From positions 1 to 64,000 of the IMG/VR virus record IMGVR_UViG_3300045131_002362: DNA of 64,000 nt. One strand, 5' to 3'. This document shows, piece after piece, positions 43,280 through 51,442 of this stretch; positions within the stretch are counted from its first letter, which is position 1; each line of letters begins with the position of its first letter. The position numbers and the translations under genes were made by a program. The notes under the pieces were generated by a model. It was given only the letters and a program-made list of their open reading frames with translations, made no database searches and was not told the DNA's origin. This DNA comes from a virus.

Positions 43280-44646
43280 TCTCCCTTGTTCGCGTGCCAG
43301 TGCTTTTGTTCGGCTCCGCATTCGGGGCACACCGGATGCAGTCGCTTGTATTCCTCGATCTCCTCGCTCAGCGCGGCGACCGCGCTCCCCAAGAAAATCC
43401 TGTCGACCTCTGTTTTGCCGATCGATAAAACGAGCGCTTCCATCCCGGCCAACTCTTGCGCACAAAACTCAAGATCGCATGTTTCGTTCTTGGCGGAAAG
43501 GCATCTCCAGTCGGCCTCTCGGATGCCCACGGATTCGTCATGGCTGACGCGAAGCAAAGCCAGGTGCAGGTTCTCCATCTCGAAGATCTCGGACTCGGAC
43601 ATCTCTCGCTTCTCGCGCGCCGCCTGCGCCTGCGTCAGCATCAGCGCCGCCCTGCGTGGCGCGATGCCCGCGTCTCGCGGCAGCGCCGTCAGCCCGGCCA
43701 GTGTAGCAGCCATGCGGCCCAGCACGGCCTGCTCGCCGTCGCGCAGTACGACCGCCATATCCAGATCGACCATCGTGTCCTTGGCCCGCAGCGTGTCCGC
43801 TTTAGCCGGCAGCCGCGCCAGCTCGTCGGCGATGCGCGACAGGTCGGCTCTCTCAGCAACCGACGCCTCGCTCGCCTTTGCGGCACGCGAAGCGACTACG
43901 ACTGCGCAACTGGCAAAATCGACAGCCTCCCTGTGATCCGGAAGCACCTCGACCAGCCTATCACGGATAGAGACGAGCATGCCTACCAGCTCCTGCGCGT
44001 CCACAGCCGCCGACTCGGCGTATTCCGCGTCGATGACGGCCTCGGTCGCCGCGTCCAGCCCGGCGTACTTCGCGCCTGCCGCCTCCTCGCGCTCGATCTC
44101 CGCTTGCGCAAGACGCAGCTTCTCGTCGTTCGCGTTCTTACGCGTCCGCACCTCAGCAAGCGCCGCGTCGATCTGCACGAGGCCCACGGCCTTCGAGAGA
44201 ACCTCCGCGACGCGCCCGTCCGTCTCGCAAAGCAGGAAGTTGCCAGTTGAGGCCGGTGGCCGCGCGCCCTGCAACTGGATGGCGTGAGGCGACAGGCGCA
44301 GCAGCGTGGCGACCTCCTCGGGCACCTCTCGGCCGATCGCGTTCAGCGGTTGGCCGTCGATCTCATACTCGTTCTTGCTCTTGCCGCGTCGGCGCACGAT
44401 GCTGTGTTCCTTGCCATCGTCGCCCTCGATCAGCACGTCGACCTCGCTGCACGCGCCGCGCTTGGCTCCGTGACGCAGCAGGTCGATGCCTGCCGGAAGG
44501 TTGCGGAAGTGCTGATTCAAGCCGCGCACAATGGCGCTCTTGCCGCTTTCGCTTACGCCCGTGAACACGGTCAGCCGCTCGGCGAAGTCGAACCGGCTGT
44601 CGACATGACTCAGCACATCCGTGAATCTAGCACTTTTAAGTTTCAT
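43276..44646 (-). CDS. SbcC/Rad50-like ATPase, N-terminal half ending at zinc hook
   Basis: TGVSESGKSA Walker A, long coiled coil, terminal CPECG. Confidence 0.85.
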   Translation of the reverse strand: MKLKSARFTDVLSHVDSRFDFAERLTVFTGVSESGKSAIVRGLNQHFRNLPAGIDLLRHGAKRGACSEVDVLIEGDDGKEHSIVRRRGKSKNEYEIDGQPLNAIGREVPEEVATLLRLSPHAIQLQGARPPASTGNFLLCETDGRVAEVLSKAVGLVQIDAALAEVRTRKNANDEKLRLAQAEIEREEAAGAKYAGLDAATEAVIDAEYAESAAVDAQELVGMLVSIRDRLVEVLPDHREAVDFASCAVVVASRAAKASEASVAERADLSRIADELARLPAKADTLRAKDTMVDLDMAVVLRDGEQAVLGRMAATLAGLTALPRDAGIAPRRAALMLTQAQAAREKREMSESEIFEMENLHLALLRVSHDESVGIREADWRCLSAKNETCDLEFCAQELAGMEALVLSIGKTEVDRIFLGSAVAALSEEIEEYKRLHPVCPECGAEQKHWHANKGE

Positions 44647-44833
44647 TCGTTTTCTCACTTTTCAAGGCGCGACGCTCGTCAGCCAACCGCCCGATTGTCT
44701 TGACGAAGATTGCGCCCTGATGCTTGTTGAGCCAATATTGAAGCTGCGCCAGTTCTTCAACGGAGCAGTCGTCCAGATCCTTTGTTGAGATCTCGCTCAG
44801 CTCACGAATCGCAGCGTGAACATTCGCCGTCAT
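44636..44833 (-). CDS. Hypothetical protein
   Basis: ATGA coupling, AAGGAG SD. Confidence 0.55.
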   Translation of the reverse strand: MTANVHAAIRELSEISTKDLDDCSVEELAQLQYWLNKHQGAIFVKTIGRLADERRALKSEKTNET

Positions 44834-45048
44834 GCCCCGTGCTCCTTTTTTGTAAACAAAACGTACTGCGGAGAACCGCTGTCTTCGCCGCTTACGGCCC
44901 GCCCGTCTCGCACTTCAAAGTGCGACTCTTTCGGAATCGTGAACCCGGCATCGGTCAGTCGGTCGATCACTCTTTCAATAGCACATTGAGCATCGGCAGC
45001 TTCTATATCGGCAAAGATGTTCAATGGTGTGATCCTGTGCATGCCCAT
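44830..45048 (-). CDS. Hypothetical protein
   Basis: GAGG SD. Confidence 0.55.
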   Translation of the reverse strand: MGMHRITPLNIFADIEAADAQCAIERVIDRLTDAGFTIPKESHFEVRDGRAVSGEDSGSPQYVLFTKKEHGA

Positions 45049-45057
45049 TACAAAACC

Positions 45058-46125
45058 TCACTTTTTATTGTAAGCACAGACGGGCACGGCGCCCTCCGCA
45101 CGGGGCAGAGTCACGTCGGCGAACGAGGGCCACGCGGAGCGCGGCACGCCGTTCGAGTCCATGAGCGCCGCCATATCCTCCGGAACGCCCGGCTTGGGCC
45201 ACGCCTTCGCCGACAGCAGCAGGGGCGGCATCGACGGTTCGCCATCGTAAGGCAACCGCACCAGCCGCAGGTTGCGCCGCAGGATCTCTGCGCCTGCATC
45301 GCTGTTGAGCGCCGCGCGGGCCTTCGGAACGCTAACGTTGAACGACCGGTTGGCCAGAAACTCGGCGACCGTCTTCTCACCGCATCCCGGAACGTTGCCA
45401 ACGTTGTCGCTCTTGCACCCGCCCACGCACTTCGCGGCCACCACATCGGCGATCGCGATCTTCGTGTGCTTCTCGATATCATCCGCGTCGCACAGAACGC
45501 CCGTCGTCACATCCGCCCACTTCACGCCCTCCAGCACTACCTGGTGCAGGTCGTGGTCGTTCGACACGATCACGACGGGCTTGTCGTACTTCGGCTTTCC
45601 GTCGACGTGGCCGTCTGTCTGCTGCTTCAGGCCGAGCACGAACGACGCGATCACGTCGTCGCTCTCGTAGCCGTGAACGCAATATCCCTGCACGTTGTAG
45701 CCTGGAGCGTACACGCAGCGCAGCAGCCGCTTGATCTCCTCCTTGCAGCCTACAACGCGCTCCTCCTTCTCCGTCTTCTTCTGCGTGCCCCTGTTGCCCT
45801 TGTAATCGGCGTACAACTGCTCGCGCCGAAGGCTGCGGCTGCTGTCAAACGCCATGACCGGAGCGCACGCGAAATTGCGGCACGCCTCGGCAACGTCCAG
45901 CATCACATCGGCGGCGACGGCGTGGGCGATGCGCCCAGTGTCCGCACCGCAGCGCTTGCAGTAGTCGTCAGCCTTCGCCCACATGAGCCTGTACATCAGA
46001 CACGATGTGTCGAAGAAGGCCGGGCGGACGCGCGCCTCCCGAAGGACACGCGCATTCGCCTCGCCAGCGCCGCCGTCCGCATAAGACGGGCGTGGCGCTA
46101 GGATCTCGTCGATCACGGGGGTCAC
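45058..46125 (-). CDS. 5'-3' exonuclease / flap endonuclease
   Basis: YKGNR, GYESDDVIA, SNDHDL, SDNVGNVPGCGEKT. Confidence 0.9.
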   Translation of the reverse strand: MTPVIDEILAPRPSYADGGAGEANARVLREARVRPAFFDTSCLMYRLMWAKADDYCKRCGADTGRIAHAVAADVMLDVAEACRNFACAPVMAFDSSRSLRREQLYADYKGNRGTQKKTEKEERVVGCKEEIKRLLRCVYAPGYNVQGYCVHGYESDDVIASFVLGLKQQTDGHVDGKPKYDKPVVIVSNDHDLHQVVLEGVKWADVTTGVLCDADDIEKHTKIAIADVVAAKCVGGCKSDNVGNVPGCGEKTVAEFLANRSFNVSVPKARAALNSDAGAEILRRNLRLVRLPYDGEPSMPPLLLSAKAWPKPGVPEDMAALMDSNGVPRSAWPSFADVTLPRAEGAVPVCAYNKK

Positions 46126-46412
46126 GCCAGCCGCCCGGCAGGTTTTTCCGCCGCTCCCTTGCGCCCTTCGGCGATGTATCCCTTATCGAAGTCCGGCGCG
46201 GGCATGACTGGCATCTTGCTCGTGACATAAAGGCGCGTGATGTCGAACCACTTGCCGTCCTCCAGCTTCCCGTCGGCGTTCGCCTTCGGTGTGACGACGG
46301 CCTGCACACAGCCGTACAGGTCGAAGGACACGCAGGATACGACACCTGCAAACCCTGTGACGCGATCGGAAACCGTGAGGCCGAGCATCTTCATGTGAGT
46401 TTTGACGTTCAT
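46122..46412 (-). CDS. Hypothetical phage protein
   Basis: LG..VSDRVTGFAGVV...WFDITRL; AAGGAG SD. Confidence 0.75.
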   Translation of the reverse strand: MNVKTHMKMLGLTVSDRVTGFAGVVSCVSFDLYGCVQAVVTPKANADGKLEDGKWFDITRLYVTSKMPVMPAPDFDKGYIAEGRKGAAEKPAGRLA

Positions 46413-46438
46413 GTTCTCTCCTTTTTGTTGTTTTGTGA

Positions 46439-47587
46439 CTACTGTGCTGTCGCCGCATCGGCAGGTTTCGGGATCGTCATCTGCCCAGCGACAACGATCG
46501 TGGACTGCGTACGGCAGATGCCAACAGACACCTCGCCGTCGGCCGTCATTGTGAAGTCGCCGCCCAGCTTGGCGAAGCGCGATACTATCGGAAGAGAGAA
46601 TCGTACCTCATCGCCAGGCGGAAGCTCGACAGACGCATCGAACTCGGCGACCGGCTGTCCTCCGGACATCATCGCCACGCCAACCGAAGAGAACGTCAAA
46701 ACGCCGCCGAACGAGTCGTTCGCCCCGAGGCCAAGAGCAGTGATGTCCTCCTCTAACTTACGAAGCGGAGCGGCAGCCATGAGTGTAACCGACTCCCTGC
46801 TGGCATTGTGCATCACGACGCGAAGCAGATTCGGGCGTTCCGCCGCAGAGATCTTCTCGACGAAGGTCGTTCCGTCCGAGAGCCTGAACGTGTGGAACGT
46901 AGCGCCGGCATCGTTGATCTCCCGGACGTACCCTGTGATGTCGAACATATTCACGAGCGACGGGTCGAAGCTGAACATCTCAGGAAGCGACGGGACCTTG
47001 TGCATAATCGCGCTCTTGCTGTCCGTAGAACCCAACCATCCGCCGTCGTCTGCCAAAAAGGCGTACACGCGCCTCAACGTGGGGCGGTTGTCATCGCGCT
47101 TTGTGAACTCGATTAGCAGCTTGCCGATGTCCTTGGACACATGCTCGCCCAGCGAGAACTCTAGGATACCTTGCGGAGCCTGCGGCGAAGGCATCTCGTT
47201 AGACTCGAACGTGGCCGAGTGGATCGTCGTTCCTTTACCCTTGACGTGCAGGGCGTGCGTCAGGGGGTCGATCCAGGCCGTGCCCGTGCCGTCCTCCGGC
47301 AGCCGCACGTTGGCGTAGGCCCGCAGCGCCTTGGCAGCGTTTGCGCCGCCGAACGCATTGTCGAACGGGAAGCACGCGCCCTTGGGGAACATGGACAGAA
47401 CAGTGTCTACCCACTCCTTATCGGCGTCGTAGAACACGTTGACGCTGCCTCCGCTCTTCGGCAAGATTCCGTACACGCAGCCGTTCGCTGCGAACACGAT
47501 CGACGTGCCGCGCTTCATCGCCAGCTTGGCTGTCCGCGCCATCCACTCGGGATTGAGCGTCTTCTTCTCTTTCCTGATAATCTTCAC
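46439..47587 (-). CDS. Divergent beta sliding-clamp-like protein
   Basis: DDNRPTLRRV...GSTDSK resembles the DnaN DE.RP.L.GV...ATDG motif; ~380 aa; clamp loader present. Confidence 0.5.
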   Translation of the reverse strand: MKIIRKEKKTLNPEWMARTAKLAMKRGTSIVFAANGCVYGILPKSGGSVNVFYDADKEWVDTVLSMFPKGACFPFDNAFGGANAAKALRAYANVRLPEDGTGTAWIDPLTHALHVKGKGTTIHSATFESNEMPSPQAPQGILEFSLGEHVSKDIGKLLIEFTKRDDNRPTLRRVYAFLADDGGWLGSTDSKSAIMHKVPSLPEMFSFDPSLVNMFDITGYVREINDAGATFHTFRLSDGTTFVEKISAAERPNLLRVVMHNASRESVTLMAAAPLRKLEEDITALGLGANDSFGGVLTFSSVGVAMMSGGQPVAEFDASVELPPGDEVRFSLPIVSRFAKLGGDFTMTADGEVSVGICRTQSTIVVAGQMTIPKPADAATAQ

Positions 47588-47619
47588 TCTGTCTCTCCTT
47601 TATTGACCCATTCTTCAAA

Positions 47620-47651
47620 CATTATATCCGAACACGATCGCTTCCCGCGCC
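47620..47651 (-). promoter_or_regulatory. Phage-specific promoter copy 4
   Basis: GGCGCGGGAA-N9-TTCGGATATAATG. Confidence 0.8.
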
Positions 47652-47679
47652 GGATTTGTCGACGATTCGGAGCGCCCCG

Positions 47680-47814
47680 TCATGGCAGCGCTCCGCTCAG
47701 CACAGCGAGCATGATGAGCACGAGCGCCCACACAATCGCTGTGAACAGATACAGTAGGGCAATCCTGACGCATCTCGCCCTATCGCTTAGTTTGTGATTG
47801 TGGCTCGGATTCAC
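47680..47814 (-). CDS. Small membrane peptide
   Basis: AAGGAG SD with GTG; IALLYLFTAIVWALVLIMLAVL. Confidence 0.5.
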   Translation of the reverse strand: MNPSHNHKLSDRARCVRIALLYLFTAIVWALVLIMLAVLSGALP

Positions 47815-47832
47815 GATTGGTCTCCTTTTCGT

Positions 47833-48075
47833 CTAGCGTTCGGCTTGCCAGTTCATCTCCACACGTTTCAGCATGGCCTCTCCATCGATACCTTCCCTGT
47901 CGCACAGGTGCAGCAGATCGGCCATCAGATCCCCGATGCCGGCTTCGAGCGTATCGTTGGAAAGGTCGTACGCGCAGCCTTCCGCGCACATGGTTCGCTC
48001 TGCATTTTCAGCCCGGGTGCCGTTGCTGGAACAGCCGGGCTCGTGTTTGTCAGGTTTGAACTTGAATTTTGGCAT
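47833..48075 (-). CDS. Hypothetical protein (paralog of 54437-54913 C-terminal part)
   Basis: NGTRA...DLMADLLHLCDR...WQAER. Confidence 0.7.
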   Translation of the reverse strand: MPKFKFKPDKHEPGCSSNGTRAENAERTMCAEGCAYDLSNDTLEAGIGDLMADLLHLCDREGIDGEAMLKRVEMNWQAER

Positions 48076-48098
48076 TGTGTCGATTCCTTTGTTGTTGG

Positions 48099-49052
48099 TT
48101 AAAGCTCTGGTTTGTAAAAAGCACCTTTCGCGATATTCTCTGCTGCCCACAGGGGCTGAAGATTGCTGTAATGGAAGCACATCAACTGCTGTTGACGCTC
48201 CGACAGGTTAAACGACGCACAGGGCCGGATGTGGTCGACGTGCCAGCCGTTGATTCCGTAGTTGTCCCAAGACATACCCGGCTTCCAAAGGGACTCCAAA
48301 TGAAGTCTTAGATAGTTGGCCGAACAACCTAGCATAACGAGCGTGCATTCCGACTTCTTTCGCCCATTCAGCGCACCCTTTAAGCGTCTACTTACCGATC
48401 GGATAAGCCTGTACCCAAAGTCCGTCTGTCGTTTGTTCTTTTTCCAAATACGTTTGTTTTTCCGCACATTTTCTTTTCGCTGTTCGGGTGTGAGGCTGCG
48501 GTCTATTTTGTACTTCGGTATATAAATTTTCTTTCTTGTTCGTTCGCAACCAAGAAATGTCCTCGTTTGATTTGTGCTACGACATTTGCTCGCCAAGGCC
48601 AAAATTGCCACGACATCTTCCGGAGAATAATCTTTGCGGTCTCGTGGTAATTTTCGGCAAAGTTTGCGTATCTTAATTGCAAAATGTTTGGATCGCGTTC
48701 CGCTGTTCAAAACAGCAGAGAGCAAACTTTGCTCGGGTAAAACTCGTGTCTCTTTTCTTCTCTTAGAACCGAGATTTTTAAACCCGAGCGTTTTTGAAAC
48801 TTCTCTTGCGCATCTGCATTGAAAAGCCAATTCGTGAATCGCAGAGACCTTGGCGTTTTCGACGGTCAGGATTTCACCGCGAAGTTCTCCGCACAATACC
48901 GTGATCTTTTTCGCGAAGTTTTTGGATCGACTTCCGCTCCTGAGAGCAGCCTCAACTTCGGACAAAAGGAACGGACTCGCCCCGCCGGGTGATGTAGGGC
49001 CAGAAGACAGGCACCCTCCGTCAGGGGAGTCCGAAATTGAAAGTTCGTTCAT
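48099..49052 (-). CDS. HNH-type endonuclease with two N-terminal repeats homologous to the primase N-terminus
   Basis: GMSWDNYG..WHVDHIRP...HYSNLQPLWAAEN; visibly AT-richer than flanks. Confidence 0.85.
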   Translation of the reverse strand: MNELSISDSPDGGCLSSGPTSPGGASPFLLSEVEAALRSGSRSKNFAKKITVLCGELRGEILTVENAKVSAIHELAFQCRCAREVSKTLGFKNLGSKRRKETRVLPEQSLLSAVLNSGTRSKHFAIKIRKLCRKLPRDRKDYSPEDVVAILALASKCRSTNQTRTFLGCERTRKKIYIPKYKIDRSLTPEQRKENVRKNKRIWKKNKRQTDFGYRLIRSVSRRLKGALNGRKKSECTLVMLGCSANYLRLHLESLWKPGMSWDNYGINGWHVDHIRPCASFNLSERQQQLMCFHYSNLQPLWAAENIAKGAFYKPEL

Positions 49053-49114
49053 GAGCGTCTCCTTGTTTTTGCCCGACATCACTCGGGGAAAGTCGTTAAT
49101 CGACCGTCGATGCA

Positions 49115-49143
49115 ATGGTACAAGGATTCGTTGCGCTTGTCAA
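49115..49143 (-). promoter_or_regulatory. sigma70 promoter TTGACA-N17-TACCAT
   Basis: Perfect -35, 17-bp spacer, upstream of HNH gene. Confidence 0.75.
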
Positions 49144-49174
49144 CCGCCGAGTTTGCAACTTCAAACTTTCTACC

Positions 49175-49395
49175 GGTGTCACAAGAACACCGTCACATTT
49201 ATACGTAAGTCGTTGATGTTGTGGTGGTTGTGTTAAGACAGAGGTTGCGAAAAGCACCGTCACAATTGTCACAAGCCGAACGTGATCCCTGTGACAGTAT
49301 TGGGACGGTAAACGTCGATTGTCATAGCACTGTCACAAGTCTAAATAAGGCTATATCAAGCACTTATGTATTTGTGACAGTGTTTTGTGACGGTC
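49175..49395. repeat. Iteron array (CACYGTCACAA-like) with two IHF-like sites; putative replication origin
   Basis: Eight exact GTCACA/TGTGAC hexamers in both orientations in an AT-richer intergenic region; ATCAA-N4-TTA at 49206-49217 (-) and 49354-49366 (+). Confidence 0.75.
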
Positions 49396-49446
49396 GCTTA
49401 ATGTTTCATGTGAGGGGATGTATACACTCGTATGCACCTGTATACA

Positions 49447-49953
49447 CTAGGACGCACATTCCCGTTCGTGTTTCCGCAAAGCGTCGACGAGTGTGCGCTT
49501 CGCCAGCTCGTACTTGTGCTCGCCGCCCACCTCGTTCAGGAATGCCGCCTTGACCCTGCGCCGAAGCTCCTTCAGATTCGGCCTGTACCAGACGCCGCGA
49601 TCCACATCCTCGAAGCGCTCGGCCTCGCGCTGCGCGATCCTGGCCAGCCTTCGTGCCAATGGCCGCAGCCCCGACAAGAACGCCTGCCAGTCGACCTCCT
49701 CGCAGGGCGAGTCGAACACGGCGAGCGTGAGCGCAGCGCCGGACGACTCGTCATCGATGCTCGTGCAGAAGCGCCGCGCCATCCTGCGCCGCTTGTCCTC
49801 GATGTTCAGCAGATCCCGCAGCGCAATCGTCCACGCGAGCCTTGCCCCGCGCCCGGCTGCCAGAAACTCGGCGATCGCGATCTGCTGCATCACCTCCGCA
49901 GAACTCAGGTTCGGGAACCTGTGCAACAACTGGTTGATGTGTCCCTTGTCCAT
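49447..49953 (-). CDS. Possible sigma-like transcription factor
   Basis: Helical; EVMQQIAIA and FLSGLRPLARRLA weakly recall sigma regions 2 and 4; AGGAGG SD. Confidence 0.35.
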   Translation of the reverse strand: MDKGHINQLLHRFPNLSSAEVMQQIAIAEFLAAGRGARLAWTIALRDLLNIEDKRRRMARRFCTSIDDESSGAALTLAVFDSPCEEVDWQAFLSGLRPLARRLARIAQREAERFEDVDRGVWYRPNLKELRRRVKAAFLNEVGGEHKYELAKRTLVDALRKHERECAS

Positions 49954-49962
49954 AACGCCTCC

Positions 49963-50226
49963 TCACAGTCCAAGAACGGCTCGTGCCTCGTCGACCAAAG
50001 CGCGATCCTCGTCGTTGTTTGAACAATCTACGTACTGCTCGGCCAGCCTAGCCATGTCTGAGAGGGCGCAGCTCAGATCGTCGATGCGCTTGTCGCGCCA
50101 CGCCAGCTCGCAGGCGATGTCGCTCTTCTCGTGTAGCCCTTCAGCCGTCATCGCTTGGACGTGCTTGAAGTAGTACCCGCCCTCGCGGTCCAGCTCCATA
50201 GGGTCGTTGTGCCCGTAGTGTTTCAC
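49963..50226 (-). CDS. Hypothetical phage protein
   Basis: MTAEGLHEKSDIACELAWRD; AAGGAGG SD. Confidence 0.7.
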   Translation of the reverse strand: MKHYGHNDPMELDREGGYYFKHVQAMTAEGLHEKSDIACELAWRDKRIDDLSCALSDMARLAEQYVDCSNNDEDRALVDEARAVLGL

Positions 50227-50519
50227 GTCTCTACCTCCTTCGTCGCGGCCAGGCGTTCCCGACCCCGTGTCTCCAGAAAGGCGAGCACGCTCTCGTTGTT
50301 GCCCGCGCTCGTGTCGCAGACGGTCTCCATCTTGAGCATGAGCATCGCGTCTGTTGCGCTGATCGCCACAGAGGTTCCGCTTTTGCAGATTCTGCGCGCC
50401 TCGTCCTCGTTGTAAAAACCGGCCTTCTTGAAGTCGCGGGTGTAACCGGTGCTGTCCGGACGCCACCACATCACATCGCCCTGCGTGCGCTTCTTGGACC
50501 AGATAAGATACTGCTGCAT
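50223..50519 (-). CDS. Hypothetical phage protein
   Basis: WWRP...GYT...AG.Y; AGGAG SD. Confidence 0.7.
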   Translation of the reverse strand: MQQYLIWSKKRTQGDVMWWRPDSTGYTRDFKKAGFYNEDEARRICKSGTSVAISATDAMLMLKMETVCDTSAGNNESVLAFLETRGRERLAATKEVET

Positions 50520-50527
50520 ATTCTCTC

Positions 50528-50785
50528 CTATTCCGGGATAAGCCAGGCTTTTGCCAGCTCCCATGTTATGACAGTGAAATCGAGTTCCGGCTCGGACACG
50601 ACGCAGAAGTCGATCCAGTCGTAGCCCATCATCACCCATTCGTGATTCAGGCTCGCACTCTTTTTAAGTCTGTACCATTCGTGATCCATTCCCTGAACAC
50701 GAATGTCAGATCCAACGAGGTGCAAGCCTTTTATCGGAAACAGCAGCCCCTTGCCGGAACTCAGCTCAAAGAACTCTCCGTACAC
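50528..50785 (-). CDS. Hypothetical protein
   Basis: GGGAG SD with GTG; start uncertain. Confidence 0.4.
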   Translation of the reverse strand: MYGEFFELSSGKGLLFPIKGLHLVGSDIRVQGMDHEWYRLKKSASLNHEWVMMGYDWIDFCVVSEPELDFTVITWELAKAWLIPE

Positions 50786-50801
50786 AAAAGTCTCCCATCT
50801 G

Positions 50802-51431
50802 TCAGTGTCGATCGAAGTACACCGACTTGCCGGGTTTGATTTTCCAGCACAGGCCGCACGTTGAGCAGCCGCCGTCGCAATGCACGGCACTCTTCGGGAT
50901 TCGCGTGTCGATGTTGCGCGGATCTTTCATCCACGCAACAGGAAAGTGATTCTGCACGACGCCTGGCATCGCGAGCCCCGGCCACGCCGACGCGACGATG
51001 CTCATGTTCTTCGGACGAGGGATACGAAAGCCAACAAAGTTATCGAGCAGCTCGTACTTCTTTGTGAAGACGAGGTGCTTCGTGTCCGGTGTCCGAGCCG
51101 CGATATTGGCGATTTGCCACAGATAAGGCTGGTCTGGGATGTCACCCGCAACATGCCAGCGGAACATGGCCGGCTTGCGAGAGCCGACGACTTCGCATAT
51201 GCTCTCCATGTAGACCACGCGCTCGGTCATGGCAAGCTCCCAGTTGGCTTCCCAAGCGTCTCGGCAGCCCTTGCGCAGGTTGTACAGTCTTACACCGTAA
51301 CATCCGGCCTTGTAGCACGGCAAGTTCGGATCGCATGTCCTGCGCGGAGGCAGGCTCACGTTGAACACCTTGCCGAGCTTGTTGTTGCCGCGCATGATCG
51401 TAAGCTTGCCGATCTTGATAGAATGCCCCAT
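50802..51431 (-). CDS. Gp88-like Cys-rich protein
   Basis: GNNKLG..SLP...TC...C...CY, FRWHVAGD, CDGGCSTCGLCW. Confidence 0.75.
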   Translation of the reverse strand: MGHSIKIGKLTIMRGNNKLGKVFNVSLPPRRTCDPNLPCYKAGCYGVRLYNLRKGCRDAWEANWELAMTERVVYMESICEVVGSRKPAMFRWHVAGDIPDQPYLWQIANIAARTPDTKHLVFTKKYELLDNFVGFRIPRPKNMSIVASAWPGLAMPGVVQNHFPVAWMKDPRNIDTRIPKSAVHCDGGCSTCGLCWKIKPGKSVYFDRH

Positions 51432-51442
51432 AGCGTCTCCTT

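Noticed and set aside
44782-47318. Two ~440-aa + strand ORFs
   Set aside because: Antisense shadows of the exonuclease and clamp-like genes
49175-49395. CRISPR array
   Set aside because: Repeats are 6-11 bp, irregularly spaced and in both orientations; no cas genes
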